Shown here one piece after another: positions 37,041-46,567 of a stretch of DNA of 64,000 nucleotides (positions are counted from its first letter, which is position 1; the number at the start of each line of letters is the position of its first letter). The notes below the pieces were generated by a model. That model was not told where the DNA came from, did no database searches, and saw nothing but the letters and a program-made list of their open reading frames with translations. Origin of the DNA: a virus; the IMG/VR virus record IMGVR_UViG_3300042558_005646, one strand, 5' to 3'. Position numbers and translations under genes: made by a program.

Positions 37041-39484
37041 TATGCTCCGCAGCTTTCGCAATCTGGATTGTCTAGAGAACATACCTTTGCTGTAAATTCA
37101 CTAGGATCAAAATCCTTCATTTGCTCCATTTCTTTAGGTTTTTCTACTTCTTGAATTGATGCACTTGAAAGATCAATTCCAAGGCCCTTTAATGCTTGTG
37201 CTTTAGGCTTGACACGTAAGTAATACATACCTGTTTTAAGACCTAATTTCCAACCATACATATGAGCAGAAGACAATTTACTTGCAGTTGGTTCAGCCAT
37301 AAACATATTCAATGATTGTGATTGATCAATAAAAAATGAACGATCACGAGCCATTTCAAGAATAGACTTTCCCTTCATCTCCCAAACTGTCTTGTAAACT
37401 TCCTTGATGTCAGTTGGAATTTCAGGAATGTTTTGTACTGATCCATTCTCATTGAATAGCTTCAATCTAACATTGTCACTCCAGATACCCAAATTTACAA
37501 GATCTTCTACTAAATGCTTATTGATAACAGCATATTCACCACTCAAAGTATTACGCTTATAGAGATTGGTAGTGAAAGGCTCAAAACATTCATTATTTCC
37601 AAGAATTTGAGCTGTTGAAGCTGTAGGCATTGGAGCAACAAGAAGTGAATTTCTCAAACCAAATTGCTTGATTTCTTCTTTGAGCGTTGAAAAATCCCAC
37701 ATACCGGAAAGATCATTTTCAGTAAGTCCCCAGAGGTCATATTGTAGTAAACCTTGAGATGCTGGAGATCCTTCAAAAGACGCATAAGAGCCATATTGCT
37801 TAGCCAAGTCCTTAGACGCAGTAAGAGCAGCAAAATAAATTGTTTCAAAGATATCTTTGTTCAATTTTTTTGCTTCATCTGATTCGAAAGGTAAACCCAT
37901 CATAACAAAGGTATCAGCCAAACCTTGAACACCTAAACCAATTGGACGATGCTTGTTATTTGAGTTCTTTGTTTCAGGAGTTGGGTAGAAATTTACATCA
38001 ATAACTTGATTCAAATTAACTGTTGCTTGGTAAACAACTTCATATAAGAATTTGAAGTCATACTTGCGTAATTTCTTATCCTTCTCACGAACTTTACCAG
38101 ATGGAATCATTACATACTTTGGCAATGCAACAGAAGCAAGATTACATACAGCAATCTCATCTTTATCTGTATATTCCAAAATTTCTGTACAGAGGTTTGA
38201 AGATTTGATTGTTCCAAGATTCTTCTGATTGCTCTTGTAATTACACGCATCCTTATAAAGCATATAAGGAGTGCCGGTCTCAACCTGTGAATCAAGAATT
38301 TTTTCCCACAATTCACGAGCCTTAATTGTTTTGAGAGCTTTACCTTCAGACTCATACTTCTCAAAAAGTTCAGTAAAAGATTTCTTGTCCGGAGAATCAT
38401 AAGCATCAATCAAGCCTGGAACTTGGTCAGGAGAGAATAAAGACCAATTACCATCAGCCTCAACACGCTTCATAAACAAGTCAGGAATCCACATAGCTAA
38501 GAACAAGTCTCTAGCACGTAATTCTTCCTTACCTTGGTTCTTACGAAGTTCAAGAAAGTCAAAGATATCACCGTGCCAAGGCTCAAGATAAACAGCAATT
38601 GAACCCTTACGCTTTCCACCACCCTGATCAACATAACGTGCAGTTTCATTGAACACCTTGAGCATTGGGATAATTCCATTAGAATATCCATTAGTACCCT
38701 TGATATAACTACCCTTAGCACGAATCTTGTGAATGTTGATACCAATTCCACCAGCAGATTGAGAAATCAAAGCACAATCTGAAAGTGTCTTGTAGATGCC
38801 TGGAATACTGTCATCATCAATATCAAGCAAGAAACAAGATGATAATTGAGGACGATTAGTTGAAGCGTTAAAAAGAGTTGGAGTAGCGTGAGTAAAAAGA
38901 CCTTGAGAAAGCATATCGTAAGTCTTCTGAACCATCTCTAAATTTTCACGCCAAATACCAACGGCAACACGCATATAAAGATGTTGAGGTGTTTCAGCTG
39001 CCTCACCATCAATTTTGAGTAGATAAGATTTACGTAAAGTCATAAATCCAAAATAATCAAAATTGAAGTCTCTATCATGAACGATCATTCCATCAAGTTC
39101 TCGTGAATGCTTAACAATGACATCATAAACTTCATCAGATATCATTCCAGCCTTTTCACCAGTCTTAGGATTAATGTATTCGTAAAGCTTCTTTGCAATT
39201 ACAGAAAAATCTTTTTCAACATTTTTGTATAGAGCAGTGATGGCAATACGAGCAGCCAATTTACCAAAGTCAGGATGAACAGTGACCATAGATGCAGCAG
39301 TCTCAGAACTAAGCTGATCAAGCTCAGTGCTAGAAACACCATCATAAAGTCCAGATACAACTTTTGTGCTTACAATGTCTGGATCAACACGTTCATTTAA
39401 GCCATATGTAAGCTTCTTGATACGTGAGGAAATCTTTTCTAATTTTAGTGGTTCTCTTCCACCATTACGCTTGATAATATCCAT
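37040..39484 (-). CDS. nrdA: Ribonucleotide reductase class Ia alpha subunit
   Basis: N-terminal ATP cone, ATPTLFN, LSSCF, SSNLCTEI, APMPTAST, C-terminal CxxxxxxCxxC. Confidence 0.97.
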   Translation of the reverse strand: MDIIKRNGGREPLKLEKISSRIKKLTYGLNERVDPDIVSTKVVSGLYDGVSSTELDQLSSETAASMVTVHPDFGKLAARIAITALYKNVEKDFSVIAKKLYEYINPKTGEKAGMISDEVYDVIVKHSRELDGMIVHDRDFNFDYFGFMTLRKSYLLKIDGEAAETPQHLYMRVAVGIWRENLEMVQKTYDMLSQGLFTHATPTLFNASTNRPQLSSCFLLDIDDDSIPGIYKTLSDCALISQSAGGIGINIHKIRAKGSYIKGTNGYSNGIIPMLKVFNETARYVDQGGGKRKGSIAVYLEPWHGDIFDFLELRKNQGKEELRARDLFLAMWIPDLFMKRVEADGNWSLFSPDQVPGLIDAYDSPDKKSFTELFEKYESEGKALKTIKARELWEKILDSQVETGTPYMLYKDACNYKSNQKNLGTIKSSNLCTEILEYTDKDEIAVCNLASVALPKYVMIPSGKVREKDKKLRKYDFKFLYEVVYQATVNLNQVIDVNFYPTPETKNSNNKHRPIGLGVQGLADTFVMMGLPFESDEAKKLNKDIFETIYFAALTASKDLAKQYGSYASFEGSPASQGLLQYDLWGLTENDLSGMWDFSTLKEEIKQFGLRNSLLVAPMPTASTAQILGNNECFEPFTTNLYKRNTLSGEYAVINKHLVEDLVNLGIWSDNVRLKLFNENGSVQNIPEIPTDIKEVYKTVWEMKGKSILEMARDRSFFIDQSQSLNMFMAEPTASKLSSAHMYGWKLGLKTGMYYLRVKPKAQALKGLGIDLSSASIQEVEKPKEMEQMKDFDPSEFTAKVCSLDNPDCESCGA

Positions 39485-39486
39485 GA

Positions 39487-40443
39487 CTAAAAGTCCTCAT
39501 CAAATGAAATTTGCTCTTGAACTTCACCAACCCCACTCTTTACATAGTCAGCAACACGCTTCTCAAAGAAGTTGGTCTTGTTCTGCAAAGCAATATTAGC
39601 CATAAAGTCAAAAGGATTATCTGTATTATAGACTTTTCCTACGCCCAAATCCATCAACAGACGATCAGAAACATACTCTAAATACTGTTTCATCAATTCA
39701 GAATTCATACCAATCAAAGATACTGGCAATGCTTCAGTAATAAATTCTTTCTCAATCACAAGAGCAGAATCAATAATCTCAAGGATACGTTCACGGGAAA
39801 GCTTATTCTCGATATGGTTCTTGTATAGATGAACTGCGAAATCTGTATGCAATCCTTCATCACGAGAAATCAATTCGTTCGAGAATGAAAGACCAGGCAT
39901 CAAACCACGCTTCTTGAGCCAGAAAATTGAACAGAAAGATCCAGAAAAGAAAATTCCCTCAACAGCAGCAAAAGCGATAAGACGCTCTACAAAAGATTCA
40001 GATCCAATCCACTTGAGAGCCCATTCTGCTTTCTTTTGCACGGCAGGAACAGTATCAATTGCGTTGAAAAGATGATTTTGCTCTTCTTTATCTTTGATGT
40101 ATGTGTCAATAAGAAGGGAGTATGTCTCGGAGTGGATATTCTCCATCATAATTTGGAAACCATAGAAAAATTTAGCTTCTGTATACTGTACTTCAGCAAC
40201 AAAATTCTCTGCTAAATTTTCATTAACAATACCATCAGATGCAGCAAAGAATGCCAAAACGTGCTTGACAAAATGCTGTTCTCCTTCATTTAGCTTTTCC
40301 CAATCAGTGTGGTCTTGTGCTAAATCAATTTCTTCAGCAGTCCAGAAGACCTGCTGTGCTTTCTTGTAATAATCCCAAATGTCGTGATGTTCAATTGGGA
40401 ATAAAACGAAACGATTTTTATTCTCTTGAAGTATTTTTTCCAT
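39487..40443 (-). CDS. nrdB: Ribonucleotide reductase class Ia beta subunit
   Basis: [40 protein letters not shown]. Confidence 0.97.
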   Translation of the reverse strand: MEKILQENKNRFVLFPIEHHDIWDYYKKAQQVFWTAEEIDLAQDHTDWEKLNEGEQHFVKHVLAFFAASDGIVNENLAENFVAEVQYTEAKFFYGFQIMMENIHSETYSLLIDTYIKDKEEQNHLFNAIDTVPAVQKKAEWALKWIGSESFVERLIAFAAVEGIFFSGSFCSIFWLKKRGLMPGLSFSNELISRDEGLHTDFAVHLYKNHIENKLSRERILEIIDSALVIEKEFITEALPVSLIGMNSELMKQYLEYVSDRLLMDLGVGKVYNTDNPFDFMANIALQNKTNFFEKRVADYVKSGVGEVQEQISFDEDF

Positions 40444-40453
40444 ATTTTTGACA

Positions 40454-40493
40454 ATAAAAAATATCTGAAAGAAATCAATCAGATATTTTTTAT
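40454..40493. promoter_or_regulatory. 15-bp perfect inverted repeat upstream of nrdB
   Basis: ATAAAAAATATCTGA-N10-TCAGATATTTTTTAT. Confidence 0.5.
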
Positions 40494-40518
40494 CCCTTCC
40501 TTTAATTAGTATGAGGTA

Positions 40519-40962
40519 TTAATTGTAATTCTGCAACTCGAACGGGTCCAAATTTTTAAGCTTTTTGATTAGTTCTTCTAGCCTCTTTTTATATAATCTG
40601 TTCGCAATAATATAATCTAACAATCTTTCTTGAACTACAGATTTATCTAAGTCTTTTTCATCAAGCGAATCAATAATTTCATCAACTTTCTTTAGAAAAG
40701 CTGTGTCTAAAACCAATTGAGCTTGTGGATTATCTGCCCTAAAACCAGATGGATGTATATCTAATGATGACAGAACAATGGCTGGATTTAAGTTCCTGGA
40801 CTCTTCAATAAGATTTGTCCAGGAGTGATATTTGCTGACTATATTATTCTCTTTTGGCGAAACAAATTCCTCAACAGAAATGTTAATAATTCCGTTGTTT
40901 TTCTTAGCAAAGTAGTCTGATAAAAATTGTCTTTTTTGCTCCAACCAGCTATTTTTTCTCAT
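40519..40962 (-). CDS. Hypothetical protein
   Basis: 147-aa ORF in operon context. Confidence 0.5.
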   Translation of the reverse strand: MRKNSWLEQKRQFLSDYFAKKNNGIINISVEEFVSPKENNIVSKYHSWTNLIEESRNLNPAIVLSSLDIHPSGFRADNPQAQLVLDTAFLKKVDEIIDSLDEKDLDKSVVQERLLDYIIANRLYKKRLEELIKKLKNLDPFELQNYN

Positions 40963-40964
40963 TT

Positions 40965-41351
40965 TTACAATGCAAACTTGATATCAATCGCAAAAATACG
41001 TGTTGAAATTCCTTTAGTCTTCTTGCCAGCCACTTCAGCATTGTATTCTGATTGACGGCAAATAAGAACAGATCCATTTGTGAGACTTTCAATTTCTCTT
41101 GAAGCTAGTCTAAACGCTGTCATAACTGAACTCATAGCAGTAGGTCCGACAGATAATACTCTAACATATTCATGGTCTTTCAAAACATGCAAAATACTAC
41201 GACTCAAGCCTACTGGATCTGTAGGTCTTCTTGTTGGATCTTCTGCATTTGGATCTCCACCTCTTGCTTTTAAAATCCTTGGATCATTTGTCTTATTCTT
41301 CGACTTATCATTTGTGGCAATAGTGCTCACAGGTTCATCAAGCTTGTCCAT
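40965..41351 (-). CDS. SpoVS-like (Alba-fold) protein
   Basis: ILKA...DPVGLSRSILHVL...VLSVGPTAMSSVMTAF...LIC aligns with the recalled SpoVS pattern ILKV...PNSVAGAL...IQAIGAGALNQAVKA...LIC. Confidence 0.65.
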   Translation of the reverse strand: MDKLDEPVSTIATNDKSKNKTNDPRILKARGGDPNAEDPTRRPTDPVGLSRSILHVLKDHEYVRVLSVGPTAMSSVMTAFRLASREIESLTNGSVLICRQSEYNAEVAGKKTKGISTRIFAIDIKFAL

Positions 41352-41353
41352 TT

Positions 41354-42328
41354 TTAATTTTCCTCAATTCCAATCAAAGACATTTTCGTCTTTATATTTT
41401 CTACAGCTTTATTGAATTCTGAAGCTGTACAACCATACATTTTAGAGTCATATTTGAGTTTTGATGAACCATTCAAAATAGTAGTAATAATTTTATTTTC
41501 AACATCATTTAAAGATAAACTTAGCAAATTATTTACTTTATTATCATCTTTTAAACTATCGTAATAACAAACATCTTCACTATCATCTTCTTCCGACATA
41601 TATACGCTTAAGGCTCTTGGTGAAACTGTTTGATAGTCTGGATAAAGTTCATTGAATTTCTGAAAAAGCATAGATGAGTGCTTTGATAAAATATGCTTTT
41701 TGATAATTGCTGTTCTTTGAATTATCATACATTTTTCGCAGCATCCATCTTTTTTATCTTCACAATCTTCTAAGCATTCATAAGATCTTGGCATTTTATG
41801 AGACTTGCAAAAATTACATCTTTCAAGCTCTTCTAAAACTATACCCGTGTTTCTTAAATGGTCCCAAAGAATATGGTGATGATGTAACAAAATATGTGTG
41901 GAAAGAGGGTTCACCCACTTATCACAAATTGGACATTTTTGTGATGGATTTCTCTTACCAGCATTATCAGCTTTTACTAAGTTGATATAATTGTGCTGTA
42001 AAGCTCCAATAAAATAGTTTTTGAATTCCCCACTTCCTCCATAACGAGATACTTTTCTCGTATTGCGGGGTTTCCAATTTGATAAGACATTACAGAAAAT
42101 CTTTATATAATCTGATGCAAAGTCTTCTTGTGAATCATACAAATAATGGTATTGATTCCACCATTCTTGCATGTGTAAATAAGGCGGATAAAGTTTACAT
42201 ACTTCTTTGTAATTGCGATCTATCCGCCATTTGTTTCCAGTCAATAAAGCTTCTTGGTATTTTAGAATTGCCTTTTCTAAATTTTCTTGAGTCCTTATCT
42301 TTGCTTGTTTTGTAATATCCTCGTTCAC
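41354..42328 (-). CDS. Sigma-like protein with a zinc-finger insertion
   Basis: Region 2-like SQEDF...EFKNYF, central CPIC...H..HH and Cys clusters, C-terminal HTH-like helices. Confidence 0.5.
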   Translation of the reverse strand: MNEDITKQAKIRTQENLEKAILKYQEALLTGNKWRIDRNYKEVCKLYPPYLHMQEWWNQYHYLYDSQEDFASDYIKIFCNVLSNWKPRNTRKVSRYGGSGEFKNYFIGALQHNYINLVKADNAGKRNPSQKCPICDKWVNPLSTHILLHHHHILWDHLRNTGIVLEELERCNFCKSHKMPRSYECLEDCEDKKDGCCEKCMIIQRTAIIKKHILSKHSSMLFQKFNELYPDYQTVSPRALSVYMSEEDDSEDVCYYDSLKDDNKVNNLLSLSLNDVENKIITTILNGSSKLKYDSKMYGCTASEFNKAVENIKTKMSLIGIEEN

Positions 42329-42381
42329 TTAAGATCCCTCGTTGATATTACAATTATAGTGATGTTTTTAAAAATTAGAAA

Positions 42382-44175
42382 TCAACTGGAAGCTTTTATA
42401 TCCTCAAGAATCATAACTAAGTTATTATTTCCAGACCAGTTATCAATTTCAACAGTATAAACTACGTCTACTTTGTCACCAGGTTTGTATTCATTGCAAA
42501 TATATCCTCGCCTCCAAGCATTAGCAGCTACCCAAGTTTTTTCACCATTGGATAATTTAAGTTTTGCATGCTTACCTTGAGTCAACGATTTTACGTCCAC
42601 AATTGTCAAGTTTTTTGATATAAAAATGGGAGTGTGATTCATACTGCCAAAAGGAGATATCTTTGACAAATGAGCATATGTTTTGATGTTTAGTTCACCA
42701 AAAGGCATACGAGCATCAATTTCTATAATTTTCTCACTGCTTGGTTCACCTAATTTGTCTTGAGCATAATTATTTAATGCTTCTCTCATTGCTGGAATAT
42801 TCTTTATAGGAAGTTCAAAACCAGCAGCAAAAGCATGACCCCCGCAAACAGTACTGCCATCTGCTCTTTTCTTGAATAATTTCCAAGCTTCTTCTGACTT
42901 GAGAGCATCCAAGATATTAAAATCACGAGTAGAACGACAAGAACCTTTAGCATATCCATCTTTCTTAAACGAACAAACCAAAGTAGGCTTGTTGTACATT
43001 TCTGCAATTTTACCAGCAATAAGACCAATCAATCCTGGGTGCCAATCTTCTTCACCCAAAATCAATATATGTTCTTTCTCTAAATCAAAATTTCTCTCAA
43101 CAAAATCTATTGCTTGTTGAGTTGCTTTCTCTTGCTGCTCTTGTCTCTTAGTATTAGCATTGTTCATCTGCTTGGCAAGATTAGCTGCTGTAATGTCATC
43201 TTTAGACAGCATCAAGGATAAAGCAGTACCAGCATCAGCAAGTCTACCTATAGCATTGATTCTTGGACCAATTTGAAATCCAATTGTAGTGGGAGTAACT
43301 TCTTTCACACCAGCAATACGTAGAAGCTCCTTGATACCAGGCTTATTGCTGTTAGAAAGAATCGAACAACCATAATTTACAATAACTCTGTTCTCATCAA
43401 TCATTGGAGCAACGTCAGCTACTGTTCCCAATGCAGCAAATTCAATAAGTTCATCTACATATTCAAAAACATTAAGCTTACGATAACGAGCCAAGCCAAG
43501 CATTAGCTTAAAAGCAATTCCACAACCAGCCAAGTAATCAAATGGATATCTCTCAAAATTATCTTTCTTATAGGACTTGAAATGTTCACCTGGATAAAAA
43601 GGATCATCTCTGTTTGGGTTTACAACTGCCATTGCATCAGGCAAAGATCCATCTTCACTAGGATGATGGTGATCAGTAATAATTAAGTCAAGATTTTTTT
43701 CTTTTGCATATGCTCCAGTTTCAAACGCTACAATTCCGCAGTCAACACTCATCAGTAGAGTTGCTCCAGATGCTAAGGCTTGATCAACTGAATGAATCTT
43801 GATGTCATATCCATCTTCCATTCTATGAGGAACTTTGTAATCTATATTTGCTCCCATTTTCTGGAGAGCAGTAACAACAATAGCTGTAGAAGTAATTCCA
43901 TCTACGTCATAATCTCCCCATACAAATATTTTCTCTCCTGAGTCAATAGCTTTACTGATACGTTCAATTGCAATATCAGCATCAGGAAGAGACATGGGAT
44001 TATGTAGTTTATTAATTTTCAAGTCTAAGAATTGTTCAGCTTTATCTATTGAATCAATTCCACGAGTCATCATAACTTGAGCAACTGGGATAGGTATTTC
44101 TAAATCGTATGCAAGTTCTTTGACATCTTGCATACTACATTCTCTCATTTTCCAAATTGTTTCGATTCTATCCAT
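42382..44175 (-). CDS. recJ: ssDNA exonuclease RecJ
   Basis: GDYDVDGITS, VDCGI, TDHH, LGTVADV, PRINAIGR, GGHAFAAG. Confidence 0.95.
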   Translation of the reverse strand: MDRIETIWKMRECSMQDVKELAYDLEIPIPVAQVMMTRGIDSIDKAEQFLDLKINKLHNPMSLPDADIAIERISKAIDSGEKIFVWGDYDVDGITSTAIVVTALQKMGANIDYKVPHRMEDGYDIKIHSVDQALASGATLLMSVDCGIVAFETGAYAKEKNLDLIITDHHHPSEDGSLPDAMAVVNPNRDDPFYPGEHFKSYKKDNFERYPFDYLAGCGIAFKLMLGLARYRKLNVFEYVDELIEFAALGTVADVAPMIDENRVIVNYGCSILSNSNKPGIKELLRIAGVKEVTPTTIGFQIGPRINAIGRLADAGTALSLMLSKDDITAANLAKQMNNANTKRQEQQEKATQQAIDFVERNFDLEKEHILILGEEDWHPGLIGLIAGKIAEMYNKPTLVCSFKKDGYAKGSCRSTRDFNILDALKSEEAWKLFKKRADGSTVCGGHAFAAGFELPIKNIPAMREALNNYAQDKLGEPSSEKIIEIDARMPFGELNIKTYAHLSKISPFGSMNHTPIFISKNLTIVDVKSLTQGKHAKLKLSNGEKTWVAANAWRRGYICNEYKPGDKVDVVYTVEIDNWSGNNNLVMILEDIKASS

Positions 44176-44932
44176 TATTAGCCCCAATATATAAAGTTTT
44201 CTTACCAGATTCAATCATTTTTTGAATAGTTTCATCCAAGAATGAAACTTCAAATTTTTGCGCAAAGTCATCAGGATCCATACCAAGAGGAAGAAATAAT
44301 CTCAAAGCATTCAGGCCTAATTCTTCAATTTTATTAATTACTTTTTCAGATGCAATTTTTCCAGCATCATCGGCATCCATTACAACAACAAGATTATCAC
44401 AGTATCTGGATGCTAAGGCAACTTGATGATCAGATATAGCAGTTCCGCAAAGGGCAACAGTATTTTCCAATCCATTGTCATAGAAAGAATAAACGTCAAA
44501 ATATCCTTCTGTCAATATAAGATAATTCTTTTGACGTGCCATTGTTTTAGCGATATCGAGAAAGAATAAATTTTTATTCTTTTGATAAGGTTCGTTTATC
44601 CATTTGCCTTTTGACCATTTGTTTATTTTGTCAGCACACCTAGCTGGTTCATGTCCGTAAAGGTCCCAAAAAGCTTGAACAGTTTGATCTTTTAATTCTG
44701 GGATTTGCCTACCAGCAAGAGCAATAAAATTTCCATGAACGTCTTTAATAGGAACAATTAATCTGCCTTTTAGTAATGAAAATTCGTATCTGGAGTATGA
44801 AGGGCAAAATGCTACTAAATTGTTTTCTATTATCTTTTTTGAAAGATTTCTAGTTTTAAAATATTCTTGAACAACTTTGTTTTCATTGTAGTTGCGTAGA
44901 AATTGATTGTAGTTCAATTCAAAGCTGTTCAT
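44168..44932 (-). CDS. dnaG: DNA primase catalytic/TOPRIM core without the zinc-binding domain
   Basis: RLIVPI...AGR, TEGYFDV, CGTA, MDADDAG; no CHC2 motif. Confidence 0.85.
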   Translation of the reverse strand: MNSFELNYNQFLRNYNENKVVQEYFKTRNLSKKIIENNLVAFCPSYSRYEFSLLKGRLIVPIKDVHGNFIALAGRQIPELKDQTVQAFWDLYGHEPARCADKINKWSKGKWINEPYQKNKNLFFLDIAKTMARQKNYLILTEGYFDVYSFYDNGLENTVALCGTAISDHQVALASRYCDNLVVVMDADDAGKIASEKVINKIEELGLNALRLFLPLGMDPDDFAQKFEVSFLDETIQKMIESGKKTLYIGANNG

Positions 44933-45008
44933 CAGTAAATTGTATCATTAAAGGAAAGAAAAGCAATTTGTAGGAAAAATATTGTAGTTTTCCCCAAAGG
45001 ATAGATAA

Positions 45009-45713
45009 ATGAATAAATTTCAAAAATTATCTCAATTAAGTAAAGACATAGAATTATTAGAGAATGCTGGCAAAATTAAAGCAGCAGAAGTTCTTCATAA
45101 AAAGTTTATCAGAGAAGCTCAATATGCAATGCCTCAGATGATGTCAATGATGCCTCAGATGATGCCAATGATGCCTCAAATGATGCCAATGATGCCTCAA
45201 ATGATGGCAAGACCAACAATCGCTCCAACAGCTCTAGCCAGACCAGTTGTCACACCTGCACCAATGCCTATAGCCCAACCAAGAACAACTCCTGTTCAAA
45301 CAATAGGTACACCAAATCCAGGAGTTAGTCCAGCACCAACTCCTGCTCCTAAACCCGTCCCAAGTCCAGGCAATATGAAGATAGCTCCAGAACCTTCACC
45401 AGCACCACCTCCGCCACCTTCTGGACAAACAACACCACCAAAGCCAACACCCACAGAAGGTGGAAATTATGGAATGATTCCTGGACCTGGCGGTAAAACA
45501 ATTTTTACTGACCCTGGTACTGGAAATGCAGTAGATCCCCCTGGCAGCCAAGATTTGTTTGATACCTTTTACGGCCAATTGCAAGATGCTAACAGATATC
45601 CAGAACCTCACAGAAGTCAATATTTACAGTTCTTACGTGGCAAAATTAATGATAATAAAAAGAAATTAGGCGATAGACTGTTTGGCAGTTTATTTGATGT
45701 GTATTTAAGATAA
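45009..45713 (+). CDS. LExxG-leader protein with Met/Pro repeats
   Basis: N-terminus LLENAGKIKAAEVLHKKFIREAQ, then MPQMMxM repeats and a Pro-rich linker. Confidence 0.55.
   Translation: MNKFQKLSQLSKDIELLENAGKIKAAEVLHKKFIREAQYAMPQMMSMMPQMMPMMPQMMPMMPQMMARPTIAPTALARPVVTPAPMPIAQPRTTPVQTIGTPNPGVSPAPTPAPKPVPSPGNMKIAPEPSPAPPPPPSGQTTPPKPTPTEGGNYGMIPGPGGKTIFTDPGTGNAVDPPGSQDLFDTFYGQLQDANRYPEPHRSQYLQFLRGKINDNKKKLGDRLFGSLFDVYLR
45129..45212 (+). repeat. 21-bp tandem repeat x4 encoding MPQMM(S/P)M
   Basis: ATGCCTCA(G/A)ATGATGnCAAnn repeated four times. Confidence 0.9.
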
Positions 45714-46537
45714 TGAGTTTTTTTCAAAAGTTATCACAAATTAACAAAGACATCGTATTACTTGAATCTTTTGGAGATTTTAAGGCTGCCGATGTTTTGC
45801 ATAAAAAATTCATCAGAGAAGCACAAAATGAAGTGGAGCCAATTTCTTACTCGAATAAAGATAAAAAAAGAGGTTCAATTTATAAAAAAAGATTCAATGA
45901 TAAGCTTAACAGAGGTTTATTAGTGAAAGATGAAAATAAAGATAAGTTTATAAGTTCGATATACGCTGATAGTTTTTTTTATGATGAAGATAAAGAACAA
46001 CTTGAAAGTTTGATAAGACAAACAATTAAACCAGCTGCTCCATCTAGTACTGTTATTCCATCTTCAACATCGAATCCACAACAAAATTTCACAGAACTTC
46101 AAACAGATTTAGCTAAAGATTATATGGCACAGCTTAATGCAGCAAAAGGTGAATGGGATTTAGATTTTATTAAAATGCAGTATGAGAGACAAGGACTTCC
46201 CCCATTTGAAGCTAAGATTTTAGATGATCTTATAATCAAAATTAAAAGTTCAAAACGTAATAAGTTAATGACTGGCTTGAAATCTGACTTAGATGCCGTA
46301 AATGCAACTCCTGGAACTAACACTGAATTTATTAATTTAAATGAATCATCTATACCTAAACTTCAAGCTAGAATTGACCATTATAGACAAAAAATTAATA
46401 AATACAAAATTACTAAAGATCCAGCTATGCATAAATATCTTAAAAAATTCATTAAAAAAAATTATGATAATAATTTATTAGATTCAAAATCATATGTGAC
46501 GTTTATGAAAGAATTGGGAATCAACATTCCTACATAA
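45713..46537 (+). CDS. Paralogous LExxG-leader protein
   Basis: First 38 aa nearly identical to the upstream protein (LLESFGDFKAADVLHKKFIREAQ); remainder unrelated. Confidence 0.55.
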   Translation: MSFFQKLSQINKDIVLLESFGDFKAADVLHKKFIREAQNEVEPISYSNKDKKRGSIYKKRFNDKLNRGLLVKDENKDKFISSIYADSFFYDEDKEQLESLIRQTIKPAAPSSTVIPSSTSNPQQNFTELQTDLAKDYMAQLNAAKGEWDLDFIKMQYERQGLPPFEAKILDDLIIKIKSSKRNKLMTGLKSDLDAVNATPGTNTEFINLNESSIPKLQARIDHYRQKINKYKITKDPAMHKYLKKFIKKNYDNNLLDSKSYVTFMKELGINIPT

Positions 46538-46565
46538 AAAAATCCCCTCAAATGAGGGGATTTTT
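46538..46565. terminator. Bidirectional terminator
   Basis: AAAAATCCCCTCA-AA-TGAGGGGATTTTT. Confidence 0.9.
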
Positions 46566-46567
46566 AT

